A stretch of 64,000 nt of DNA from Monocercomonoides exilis PA203 (Eukaryota; Protista; Preaxostyla), in contig LSRY02000022.1 in assembly GCA_001643675.2 (NCBI GenBank), forward strand, positions 62,001 through 126,000. The letters are read 5' to 3'. Positions 12,667 to 25,620 of the stretch are shown piece by piece. The position numbers and the translations under genes are program-made. The notes beneath the pieces were generated by a model. It was not told the DNA's origin, made no database searches, and worked only from the letters and a program-made list of their open reading frames with translations. Numbering within the stretch: the stretch's first letter is position 1; each line of letters starts with the position of its first letter.

Positions 12667-15600
12667 GTTACAAATACGAATAAATAATAGAATGTGCGTT
12701 TATTATTTTTTTCATAAAGACAATATTTAGGGCAAATTTTTTGCTATTGAGAAAAAAACTGAGATTTGTTCCAAACTTTTTCATCAATCTTTTCATTATA
12801 AATCAACCAAAACAATGCAAAAAATTACAGAAAAATTCAAAAATTGAAAAAATATGTGGAGAATATCGAATGGAACAAAATTCATAAAGCGAAAAATATC
12901 GTCCCATTTTGATAACAATGTCCCATAATGAAATTATATCTTTAATGAAACTTGATTTTGCTTTGAAATTCCTATATTATTTTGATCATCCTCAATATAA
13001 TGAATAATCAATGATTTTGTCACGAACGTTTTGAGTTTTTGTTGCTCGAAAATTTTTTTCATCGATGCATAACCGAATTCAATGTGAAAGGCTAAATGTC
13101 CCATTGTCAGAATGTTTTATTCCTTCGAAAATTCAGTCAAAGATAGCAACTTGAAAAACTCAAAGGTTTGCAAGCATTTATGAATCGAAATTCTTGATTG
13201 TATCTTATGTATCTAAATATATGTTTATGAATTTGAACGCTGTGATGAGGAAGAGCAGAAACAGAACATTGAATGAAATGAATAAAGAACAATTCATTTC
13301 ATTTTTCACAGAAGAAGTAATCAATGAAACGTGCAAACTGATTACAGAAAAGAAGCTATCAACAGAAAATACCATTTTGCTGTTGAAGTCCATTGGATAT
13401 TGTAGTGAATTGAAAAATGCTTATAATCTGCACTTGAAGAAACTGCATTGTGCGAAAGATATGAGAATATTATAGTTGAAGAGATAAGAAAAGAAGAGAA
13501 GAATGAAAAACTTCTTTTGTTCATTGCGAATGCTTCCTTATGCCTTATCAGAGGTTTTTATCAAAATCATTTTCAATCTGTGAGCCCCATCTTCTGAAAG
13601 TTTATTCAGACAAAGAGTGAAAGATTGAAATTCTTAAAGAAGTTGAAATGAATTACTAGCATTGAGATATATTGGATGTTGTGTTCAAGCATTTCTTTCT
13701 CATTTTTGATATTAATTATTGATTTTTTTTTTAATTCTGACTCAGAAATCTTAAAAAAGCCATATTTGAATTAGAGAATAGATATCACCGAATATTGTCA
13801 GGAGCATCCCAATCTTTCACGACTCGCCTATCAATCTGCGTGGTAGTTTTTGATAAACCAACTTCGGGTTTACAGAAGCTTGAAGGGAGAGGTTGTGAAT
13901 ATGCTGCATTTTGAGAAAAAGGTTGAAAGAGAATTGGATGAGTTGAAGAAATGTGTTAATTTTATGAGAAAAGAAGAAAGAGCAGGAGAAAAAGAAACGA
14001 AAAAAGTGCTTATTATATTGAGATGGATCCAAACATTGAATTCTTATTTTTTCAAAGTGCGGATTATGGAATGAATAATTCACTGAGCTTTTCAGCAGAG
14101 TTGTTCAGATGTTTCGTGCAGCTGAGAATAATTACTGAGATATTGGCAAGGAATACATTGATTTCTTTAGCGAGGCTGTGAATAACAGTGCAATGAAGTT
14201 TGAAACTTTGTTGAAGGGAGAAGCTATCGATCATTTTCGGATGAGATACAGAGGGCAACGTTGGATGACAAGATGTTATATGATGACTTTGTATTTTTTT
14301 AGAATTTTTTGAGGCAATTGAAAGGAAAGGATATTTGTGGGAGGAAGAAGCAAAAACAAAAGTGTTGACATGGAAGGAATTTGAAAAGATAAATGAAGAA
14401 GGATCTGAAAATGTCATTCTAAATTTAAAAAGGAATGAATTTTCATTTTCACATAGAAAATGATGATGAAGAGTTTTCATTTTATTTTTTTTTGATTTTT
14501 TGCGAATATTTCAGCAAATGATGACCATTTCATTCAATAACTTAAATTTGATATTTTTATCAACCATTTCGAAATATGGAAAATAGGAATTGATTGGATT
14601 TTTGGATGCTTCTGTTTTTAACAACTTTGTAATAAAACGAATAAAAAAAAAAAAAGAACCTTCAACTGTTCACAAAGAAGAGAGAAATGGAGATTCTGGT
14701 TCTGTTTGATTGAAGAGTAGCTTTTCTGTTAAAACGGCCTCTTCAATTTCTCAAGCAAGCTTATGATAATTAACTGGTTAAGGGAACACCAAAATATTCA
14801 CTTCAAAAGTTTTGCTCCACGTTTTCGTGCATTTGTATAATTCCTTTTCTAAAACTGTTGGTAAATATCTGGTTTAGAAAAAATATTTCTGAACAAGCAA
14901 GATCAATAAAGAAATTTATCTGCAAATTTTATTTCTTTCTTTGTTTTGATATGCTTTCTTGTTAAAATCACTACCGCGGCCAGGCCTTCTGACTCATATG
15001 GGCTGAGTTGATAATAAGTTTTTGACTGAAAGAAGAGTTATAAAGATAAGATGATGATGAATGGACTCTCTGACAATATGGTTATTTGCATGGCGCTGTG
15101 AAAAGAAACTGAAATATTAAACTCTGTATTTTCTGTGTTGAAAATCTATTGTTTGCTGTAATTTAAGGAATTAGATATTTCAATATCTCATGAAGAAAGT
15201 CTCTCAATCGATTCATCTTTCACAATCAAAATTGGAAACATTAAATACTTAGGATGGATCGGTTTTATTCTTTTCGCATAACAACTATCTGAGCTTTGTG
15301 CTCCATGAAAAATGAATTTTCACAAATATTGAAGCAAAGAAAATTCTTGGAATAAAAATTTATGTTTTTATATTTTATAAATAATTGTGCGAACCTCTAC
15401 GACTCTTCATTGCTTCCATTGCAAACGTGTCAAACAGATAGTTCTCTTCTGACAGAAACATTTAACTTACAGTTAAGAACAAAAATACATGAGATATTTA
15501 AATCAAAAATTAACTGCAATTTAATAAATACCAAGTTTGTATTTCATTTCACAATATTTGCTTAGTCATATGAAACGTAATTTTGTATTATCTTATTGTA

Positions 15601-16050
15601 TTAGAAAATTATTGTTTGCTTTCTTTGAAAAAAGGAGAAAAAAATAGAAAAATTAAAAAGTTATGGTTGAATCCAATCTTAAACGAGAATCTAGGTAATT
15701 TTGTTATAAAATAATGGACATTTTCATTTTGGTTCTATTTCCAACAGAATAACTTCTCTGACTTCATGTGACGTCAGTGACTGAGCGATGTCAGTGACTT
15801 ATCAAAATTCCGATTTTGATGTTCACGTCAGTGAAATTTTCATAATGGAAATATTAATGAATGAATAAAAACTTTTTTATTTGATTATTCAGAAAAGAAT
15901 CGCAATAATATTAATAAAAAAATTAATTTTGAACTAATATGTAACAATTACAATTTTTTTAAGGAATTGTTATCACAGACGCAAACATTTTTTTACGTCC
16001 GTCAGTATTGAAATTTTTCACGTCAGTGGTCATTACGTCACACAGGTTTA
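12570..16050 (+). mobile_element. Non-autonomous hAT-like element, copy 1 (3481 bp), carrying a gene-family cargo
   Basis: 16-bp TIR TAAACCTGTGTGACGT / ACGTCACACAGGTTTA. 8-bp TSD CATTTATC (12562-12569 and 16051-16058). Subterminal ACGTCA/ACGTCCGTCA repeats at both ends. No transposase seen. Confidence 0.9.
13100..14470 (+). pseudogene. Cargo pseudogene of an expanded helical (ARM-like) unknown gene family
   Basis: Fragments EMNKEQFISFFTEE..KLITEKKLSTENTILLLKSIGY, KEEKNEKLL..CECF, QEHPNLSRLAYQSAW, LHFEKKVERELDELKKCV. Many stops/frameshifts. A related decayed copy lies at ~57050-58050. Confidence 0.7.
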
Positions 16051-16058
16051 CATTTATC

Positions 16059-17559
16059 AATATCTCACGAAGCTGCGCATCATTTTTCCCTAATACACTT
16101 CCTTTTGTTTAAGTTGATTCTCTTTTTATCCCTATCTCGCTGCAATACGTTGCTCTTCTATTTTAAAACAAGTCATGATCTCGCGGCAAAGCGCTGCTCT
16201 CTCTTTTCTCTTTGCTTCGCAATAGAACTTGAATATATATAAATTTATATAATTTTGATTGCAGCATATTAACAAAATTTTGTATTTAAACAATTATCTT
16301 TAGGAAAGTCGCAGCTTCATGATAAGTTAGTATCACTTTATTGTGATTAAATTCTTCCTCAATAATAATCTCGCTGCAATGTGTGTATATATCCTCCATT
16401 ATTCCAGTGATATCAAGCGATTTATAATTATTTTTTAGATTTAACTGCATCTCGCTATTCTTCACGGCACTTGTTCCTGATAAATTCTATCAATATTAAG
16501 TTGTTTCAATGTTATATTATATTTCCACTCTATGCGCGGCACTTCTTACTTTGTTCGGCATATATATTTTGATAGTTTTTGTTATTTCATTTTTTGGAAT
16601 AATCTCTCGAATATGCACAGCCTCATTTCTATTGATCATTTTTCAGCTGCAATATAATTATCCTTAGACTTGCGATTTACAAATGAATATGTTTTGCTGA
16701 TGCAATTATCCATATCTTGTGGAACCGCGCTATTCCTCACACTTATTATCTTCCTTTAATATTTAGCAAATTATCTATTTATCCCTATTTCGCTGCAATA
16801 TGGTGCTCTTTTTCCCTTTAAGTCCGCGTAAATATATTTCTTTCTTCTGTTTGTTCATTCTCTGAAATAATCCCTTGAGAATGCATGTCTTCATTTCAAT
16901 TAATTATATCTTTCTTAAAAAGAGATTCTTTCTCTATTACAATCTCCCTGCAATATATGGATATATCTTCTATTATTCTTGAAATATCTTGCGATTTCTA
17001 AATTTTCCAATATCTCGCGGAATGTATGGCTCATTTTCCTTATAAATGAACAAAATATTTTGTTGTTTCTTTCTCTTTTAAAAATCAATTGAAATGCATT
17101 TCTTTTTTCTGTTTAATAATCTCTCGATTTTTCATGAATTCTGTTTTTGAAATTGTCTCGTAGAACAACGCTGTAATATTTCCAATAATTATCGCACGAT
17201 GCATTGTGGCTTCTGTTCTTGATATTGTCTCTTTACAATGCACGGCTTTCCTTTCTGTTTAATCAGCTGCACGCAGTATTTTGTTCCGAATGGTGCATTT
17301 CGCACTCAGATCCAGGAAAATTCTTCAATAGTAATTTTCTCTCTTTCCAGTTTCAAAAATAAATCTAATTCTTCTCCATCGCCGTCTCTGTATTTTTTCA
17401 AAACAGGTTGCTGCTTCCTTTTAATTGCGGACAATAAAGATCTTCTTGAATTTAAAAATTGGCGAAGTTAGATCTTAAACCGCACATAAATCGTGATGAA
17501 GACTCATTATTGAGGAGCAAACCTGCTCCTTGCGTTCGTTGATTCGCTCCATTGCGAAT
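16059..17559. repeat. Degenerate TCTCGCTGCAAT-motif tract ending in the inverted 61-bp repeat; probable other end of a YR-type element
   Basis: Motif similarity to 5700-6440. 17499-17559 is the inverted copy of 3692-3752. Confidence 0.55.
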
Positions 17560-17858
17560 AAGCCATATCAAAAAAATCACCCATATTGAAATATTCAAAA
17601 ATACTTTTGTTCATTAAATAAAATGATAAACATCAAAAATGATATAAATTCATTTATTTCACAATAATATGAACAAACTATAGTTGGAGTTAATAATGGT
17701 GGACACTTTCAATAACTGTGGACAGTAGCTTTATCTCAACAACCTTTGATAGTTGCTTTTTGACAATTAACCCATTTATTCCCTCATTGAATATGAACTT
17801 ATATATCTTTCAAAAATGAATCTTTCTTTATTCCTGGGAGCAAGTTGTAACATTACAG

Positions 17859-20800
17859 TAAACCTGTGTGACGTAATGACCACTGACGTGAAAAATTTCA
17901 ATACTGACGGACGTAAAAAAATGTTTGCGTCTGTGATAACAATTCCTTAAAAAAATTGTAATTGTTACATATTAGTTCAAAATTAATTTTTTTATTAATA
18001 TTATTGCGATTCTTTTCTGAATAATCAAATAAAAAAGTTTTTATTCATTCATTAATATTTCCATTATGAAAATTTCACTGACGTGAACATCAAAATCGGA
18101 ATTTTGATAAGTCACTGACATCGCTCAGTCACTGACGTCACATGAAGTCAGAGAAGTTATTCTGTTGGAAATAGAACCAAAATGAAAATGTCCATTATTT
18201 TATAACAAAATTACCTAGATTCTCGTTTAAGATTGGATTCAACCATAACTTTTTAATTTTTCTATTTTTTTCTCCTTTTTTCAAAGAAAGCAAACAATAA
18301 TTTTCTAATACAATAAGATAATACAAAATTACGTTTCATATGACTAAGCAAATATTGTGAAATGAAATACAAACTTGGTATTTATTAAATTGCAGTTAAT
18401 TTTTGATTTAAATATCTCATGTATTTTTGTTCTTAACTGTAAGTTAAATGTTTCTGTCAGAAGAGAACTATCTGTTTGACACGTTTGCAATGGAAGCAAT
18501 GAAGAGTCGTAGAGGTTCGCACAATTATTTATAAAATATAAAAACATAAATTTTTATTCCAAGAATTTTCTTTGCTTCAATATTTGTGAAAATTCATTTT
18601 TCATGGAGCACAAAGCTCAGATAGTTGTTATGCGAAAAGAATAAAACCGATCCATCCTAAGTATTTAATGTTTCCAATTTTGATTGTGAAAGATGAATCG
18701 ATTGAGAGACTTTCTTCATGAGATATTGAAATATCTAATTCCTTAAATTACAGCAAACAATAGATTTTCAACACAGAAAATACAGAGTTTAATATTTCAG
18801 TTTCTTTTCACAGCGCCATGCAAATAACCATATTGTCAGAGAGTCCATTCATCATCATCTTATCTTTATAACTCTTCTTTCAGTCAAAAACTTATTATCA
18901 ACTCAGCCCATATGAGTCAGAAGGCCTGGCCGCGGTAGTGATTTTAACAAGAAAGCATATCAAAACAAAGAAAGAAATAAAATTTGCAGATAAATTTCTT
19001 TATTGATCTTGCTTGTTCAGAAATATTTTTTCTAAACCAGATATTTACCAACAGTTTTAGAAAAGGAATTATACAAATGCACGAAAACGTGGAGCAAAAC
19101 TTTTGAAGTGAATATTTTGGTGTTCCCTTAACCAGTTAATTATCATAAGCTTGCTTGAGAAATTGAAGAGGCCGTTTTAACAGAAAAGCTACTCTTCAAT
19201 CAAACAGAACCAGAATCTCCATTTCTCTCTTCTTTGTGAACAGTTGAAGGTTCTTTTTTTTTTTTTATTCGTTTTATTACAAAGTTGTTAAAAACAGAAG
19301 CATCCAAAAATCCAATCAATTCCTATTTTCCATATTTCGAAATGGTTGATAAAAATATCAAATTTAAGTTATTGAATGAAATGGTCATCATTTGCTGAAA
19401 TATTCGCAAAAAATCAAAAAAAAAAATAAAATGAAAACTCTTCATCATCATTTTCTATGTGAAAATGAAAATTCATTCCTTTTTAAATTTAGAATGACAT
19501 TTTCAGATCCTTCTTCATTTATCTTTTCAAATTCCTTCCATGTCAACACTTTTGTTTTTGCTTCTTCCTCCCACAAATATCCTTTCCTTTCAATTGCCTC
19601 AAAAAATTCTAAAAAAATACAAAGTCATCATATAACATCTTGTCATCCAACGTTGCCCTCTGTATCTCATCCGAAAATGATCGATAGCTTCTCCCTTCAA
19701 CAAAGTTTCAAACTTCATTGCACTGTTATTCACAGCCTCGCTAAAGAAATCAATGTATTCCTTGCCAATATCTCAGTAATTATTCTCAGCTGCACGAAAC
19801 ATCTGAACAACTCTGCTGAAAAGCTCAGTGAATTATTCATTCCATAATCCGCACTTTGAAAAAATAAGAATTCAATGTTTGGATCCATCTCAATATAATA
19901 AGCACTTTTTTCGTTTCTTTTTCTCCTGCTCTTTCTTCTTTTCTCATAAAATTAACACATTTCTTCAACTCATCCAATTCTCTTTCAACCTTTTTCTCAA
20001 AATGCAGCATATTCACAACCTCTCCCTTCAAGCTTCTGTAAACCCGAAGTTGGTTTATCAAAAACTACCACGCAGATTGATAGGCGAGTCGTGAAAGATT
20101 GGGATGCTCCTGACAATATTCGGTGATATCTATTCTCTAATTCAAATATGGCTTTTTTAAGATTTCTGAGTCAGAATTAAAAAAAAAAATCAATAATTAA
20201 TATCAAAAATGAGAAAGAAATGCTTGAACACAACATCCAATATATCTCAATGCTAGTAATTCATTTCAACTTCTTTAAGAATTTCAATCTTTCACTCTTT
20301 GTCTGAATAAACTTTCAGAAGATGGGGCTCACAGATTGAAAATGATTTTGATAAAAACCTCTGATAAGGCATAAGGAAGCATTCGCAATGAACAAAAGAA
20401 GTTTTTCATTCTTCTCTTCTTTTCTTATCTCTTCAACTATAATATTCTCATATCTTTCGCACAATGCAGTTTCTTCAAGTGCAGATTATAAGCATTTTTC
20501 AATTCACTACAATATCCAATGGACTTCAACAGCAAAATGGTATTTTCTGTTGATAGCTTCTTTTCTGTAATCAGTTTGCACGTTTCATTGATTACTTCTT
20601 CTGTGAAAAATGAAATGAATTGTTCTTTATTCATTTCATTCAATGTTCTGTTTCTGCTCTTCCTCATCACAGCGTTCAAATTCATAAACATATATTTAGA
20701 TACATAAGATACAATCAAGAATTTCGATTCATAAATGCTTGCAAACCTTTGAGTTTTTCAAGTTGCTATCTTTGACTGAATTTTCGAAGGAATAAAACAT

Positions 20801-21340
20801 TCTGACAATGGGACATTTAGCCTTTCACATTGAATTCGGTTATGCATCGATGAAAAAAATTTTCGAGCAACAAAAACTCAAAACGTTCGTGACAAAATCA
20901 TTGATTATTCATTATATTGAGGATGATCAAAATAATATAGGAATTTCAAAGCAAAATCAAGTTTCATTAAAGATATAATTTCATTATGGGACATTGTTAT
21001 CAAAATGGGACGATATTTTTCGCTTTATGAATTTTGTTCCATTCGATATTCTCCACATATTTTTTCAATTTTTGAATTTTTCTGTAATTTTTTGCATTGT
21101 TTTGGTTGATTTATAATGAAAAGATTGATGAAAAAGTTTGGAACAAATCTCAGTTTTTTTCTCAATAGCAAAAAATTTGCCCTAAATATTGTCTTTATGA
21201 AAAAAATAATAAACGCACATTCTATTATTTATTCGTATTTGTAACTTAAAAAAAAAAAAAAAAAAAAAAAAATCTACTGACGTGAAAAAAATTTAGTGAC
21301 GGACGTGAAGACAAAATCTTTATCACGTCACACAGGTTTA
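17859..21340 (-). mobile_element. Non-autonomous hAT-like element, copy 2 (3482 bp), inverted relative to copy 1
   Basis: Same 16-bp TIRs and a different 8-bp TSD, CATTACAG (17851-17858 and 21341-21348). Near-identical to the reverse complement of 12570-16050 (identical ORF-track peptides; visible differences are homopolymer lengths). Confidence 0.9.
19440..20810 (-). pseudogene. Cargo pseudogene (mirror of 13100-14470)
   Basis: ORFs 19837-20061 and 20437-20718 give the same peptides as 13850-14074 and 13194-13475. Confidence 0.7.
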
Positions 21341-21423
21341 CATTACAGTACGTCTCATAAGTTCATATTCAATGAGGGAATAATTGGGTTAATTGTCAAA
21401 AAGCAACTGTCAACGATTGTTAA

Positions 21424-24193
21424 TAGTTAGGGAAAAAACCCTTTTCAGGGAAAAAGCCAATTCACATTGGCGAAAATGTTTCTTCTTATATAAGTGATAA
21501 ATGAAATAGTACTCATTTGTTAAAAAACGATTCGTTTTAAGGTGATTTTTGCATTTTTTATGAAAAAAATTTCGTAAATGGTTAAATCGATCAGTTGATT
21601 TGTATTTTTCAGAATAACATCAAATTTCAAGTGAAAAGATGTGTAAAAATGTTTATATAATAATTATTATTTTATTCATAGAAAATCTATCTCATTTCAT
21701 TTCAAATAATAATTATTTTTAAATCTTGTATTGAAATGCAAAAATAGATATTGATGTGTAAAATGAATTCGAAATAATCGTTTGATCATGATCATTAAGT
21801 TATTGGTCCAAGGAAATTTCAAAGTTTATGAAGAATTCAAAGAAAAACGATATAACAACATTGATGAATATAAATCATTTGGATCCTGAATGAATTCAGT
21901 TGTGAATAGCAAAATAAAATACGAAACATATTAATAATAATTGACTCAAACTAAATTGCTCAAGTTCTTATGAAAAAAATTTTTTTTTCAAAGAAAATGC
22001 AACTAGAGAACAACGAAAAAGTGTCATTTGTTATTAATGGTTCTGAATCCCATTATTAATATCAAAATCTGCAAAATAGAAAAACAAATGCTTTCTTTTT
22101 TTGCAAATTACTTTTGGACGCTGAAAATAGTTGTTGTCAATTTTTATTTATGTTTTAAATTAAATACGAAATATATAAGTTTGATTTTGTTCTTTGACAC
22201 AAATTTGTATTTTAATATTAACTTTGAATTTTTAACTCTTCATTTCAACAATATGATACAATGCTATGAAAATAGATCGATAACCAATAATACTGAAAGT
22301 TATTGCTCAGTACATTTCCAACTTTGTTCACATTCTAATTCAAAAATAGCAATAGATAATAACGATAAATTTTAATTTGGATTATGTTGGTGTTCATTTT
22401 CGTTATGTTCAATAAACAATCCTGTAATCGAAACATTGATTTCTTCAAACAAAAAGGCTCAAATAACACAAATGTTATTTTGAAAGAAGTGACAACAAAA
22501 TTGTATTGGGAGGAAGACTTTTTTATTTATTTGAAGAGAGCAACGATTGAATTGCGAAAGAAACAAAAATTCGTTATCTGATAACTGCCACATAAACATC
22601 GGATGATATCGAGGAGCAGTAAATGTTGGTGATAATCGACTTAAGAATGTGACGAATTTCTTATGCAGAAGCCGAAGCAAGATTCCAAATGAAATTCGCA
22701 TGCACATTTCGAAGGAATTTGTTTTTATTGAAAAAATGACAGGATTCCTGTTTGCAACACTGAAAGGAAGTTCGTGTTTCAGTCAGATACGAACAAACAG
22801 TTGATTGCCAATTGGATTTGAAGGGCTTCCAATTTTTCTTGAACACATCATGATCAAAAAAGCAGAAGATATAGAAATTCTAGATAAAGCCGAGAAGTTT
22901 GATCGCTTTGTTGAAAAATAATCTGAGATAGATGCTATTGTCGATTACAAAAATGATTCAAAAATATTAACTGCTGATCAAACATGTTGTTGAGATAAAT
23001 AAGAATCCTGAAAAGGAATCTGAAGTTCAAGTTTTTCACGTATAATTAGAAAAAGTGGTGCTTTGTTCATTTGAAGAAAGGATTTCGAAGTCAATTCACT
23101 TGATGATAAATTCCAGCATTAATCAAGTTTTGCTTTTAAAAGTCAGAACATTTTCGAGAATGCAAGAATCAAAATCAAAAATCGTTTGATAATAATACTG
23201 TGGGATTTCAACAATGGATTTATTTTAAATCAATAAAAAACGGGCAAAAAGCAGGAACTCTCTGTTGTTTGAAGTGACATTCGAAAGACATTTAGCAGTT
23301 TTAGCTTATTGTGAATAAAAGGATGACATGCTTTTCAAAGATAAAAATGAAAAATGAAAATGATGTATTTTGATAAGGATGCACGATGGAGACAATTATT
23401 TCAACAAAATGTTCTGTGGAAATATGAAATAACTATTTTTTGTGCTTCTTTGATGTTTCTTTTTTGTTGAGTGTTTTAATGGTGTGGAATAAATATGATG
23501 CATTGTTATAATAAAAATTTTGAAACATTAGAAAAATTTCTTTTTATTAATAATCAATTTTTTAACTCAAACATTTGTTTTGTTTTCACAAAACAATTAT
23601 TTTTGCAAAATTTTGAAAATCTTTGCAGAATAAAATCAATAGTTATATCGAACAAAATCACCAAAGTGAAGGATCTTCGTTTTATATCAAGTGGAAAACT
23701 CATTCAAAATTCGAAAATAAATATTACAAGAGAATTATATCTTCAAAAATATAACATATAAATAACATTTTATAATATGAATTCACTTTATTTTCATTAT
23801 TCTCTTTTGACGTGTGAAAAGCAATGCAGATGATAATGAAAATGTGAAGAACAAAAAAGAAATATTAAACACATCATTTTTATAATTCTTCAGAAAAACA
23901 CTCAATTGAATGGATAATAATAAAACAATCAAACAATTTCTTTCTCTGAATATATCAAGACATTTCTTTTTGCTCAAAAGCAAGACAATATTATTTTACA
24001 AATGTGATTTATGGAAATCATAAAGGGAGAGAACCCATATTGGAATGAAAATTATGAAAAAATAGAAAAAATATACCGAAAAGAAAAAGAATCGAACAGT
24101 TTGAATTATGTTTTGATGATGCACATGATGTTATATAATTTCTTAGCCCATGTGCATAAGTTTCGTATTTTGTGCGGGTTTTTTCCCTAACTA
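21424..24193. mobile_element. 2.77-kb TIR element with 3-bp TAA TSD (PIF/Harbinger-like target signature), decayed interior
   Basis: 18-bp perfect TIR TAGTTAGGGAAAAAACCC / GGGTTTTTTCCCTAACTA. TAA at 21421-21423 and 24194-24196. Removing the element and one TAA restores an ungapped match to the host MITE's other arm. Confidence 0.85.
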
Positions 24194-25620
24194 TAAGATA
24201 ATGCAACTGTCCACAGTTATTGAAAGTGTCCACCATTATTAACTCTAACTATATATAAAAATAATTGTTAAATTTACATAAACAATTATCTGATGCTCAA
24301 AATCTATTATTAAATACTAATATCAATAAAGAAACAGGGTTTTATGCAAAAGAATTATCTGAAGAAATCCGAAATGTTTTCAAAATATATTATGCATTAA
24401 TGTTCAGAATAATTCATTTAATTATTTTTTAACTTCAATTTATTGTTAATTATTAGTGAGTGAGATCAAATGGATATAATAAGAAATTGTTTGAAAAGAA
24501 TTTCTTTTTGAATCTCAGGTGATTGTCAAGATTACTCAAAAATCTCAAAACAAAAATAATCCTGTTCCCTGTTGATTTTTATTGAAAAAGAAAAGAATGA
24601 TTCATTATTTAGATTTTAAACAATTAATTTCATCTTTTTTTATTTCAAATAAAAACTGAAGATCAGAAAGGAATATTATTCAATTTTTTTGATGTTATTG
24701 AATTTTTTTCAATAATTCAGATGACACTGGCACAATTGAAAGTTTGATATTTCTTTATTGTCGTATTTTGTATGATTATATGATTGTATGAAATTTTTGA
24801 ATATTTTCTAAGCTTGAATCAACAGCAGATTTCAAATAAGGTCTTTTTGGATTGTTGAGGAGCCAATGCACCGCAAAAAGAAATGAAAAACAACACAACC
24901 CAAACTTTGGTGGAACAAACAAATCATGATGAAAAAGAAAAAGAACATTTTTTTTGAGAGAGATTGATGAAAATGTGGAATTATTTAAAGAAAAAGAAAC
25001 AAATAATATCCATGAAGTTGAAATGTAAAAATGCGAATATCATTTTTATATGAAGAAACGCATCTTACGAGACAATCTGTGAAGTTTGGGGAGAAGATGG
25101 ACACAGCCAAACGATTGTCTTTTGAAAAAAAAAGAACGTGAAAGCTTAACTCTTCGATGAAAATTCAGTTGAAATGACAAATGCATATTGAGAATGAAAG
25201 AAGGATTTAGTGGAAGCACATGGATATCATTTATCTGATTGATCACATTTGGAAAGGTATTCTGATTGTTTCACATCATTTTTTAAATATTATTGCTTTT
25301 CAATTTATTCTTTATTCTTTTTTGTTAAAAATTTATTCTTTAGCAATTCTTGCTCAATTTATCAATAAAGAAAACTTTTTCTCATTCACTCACAACTTCA
25401 ATTCCCTCTTCCTTTTCCTCTTCATTCAATGACTCATCGCCCTTCTTCAATGTGCCTCACTTTCTTCCACTTCCAGTTCTCCTGCTTCCGTCGAAAAGGC
25501 CATCACCCATCCAAATTGAGAGGCACCAGCTGGAGACGATCTTTTCAGAGAAGTTCAAAGTGACTCTATCAAGCAAATCTTTCACGCCCACCACACATTG
25601 GTCAGCTTCGATCGGCTTCT

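Larger units (their letters stand above)
17681..24251. mobile_element. Foldback MITE (~308 bp when reconstituted, TA-flanked) split by two nested insertions
   Basis: 17681-~17735 TAGTTGGAGTTAATAATGGTGGACACTTTCAATAACTGTGGACAG is inverted at ~24197-24251. Inner arm ~17737-17802 is inverted at ~21357-21423. TA at 17679-17680 and 24252-24253. Confidence 0.85.

Noticed and set aside
16059-17260. CRISPR-like array from recurring TCTCGCTGCAAT motifs
   Set aside because: The repeats are short, degenerate and irregularly spaced; there are no cas genes and the context is eukaryotic.
12570-21340. Single giant inverted duplication or fold-back assembly artefact
   Set aside because: Each arm has its own complete TIR pair and a distinct 8-bp TSD.
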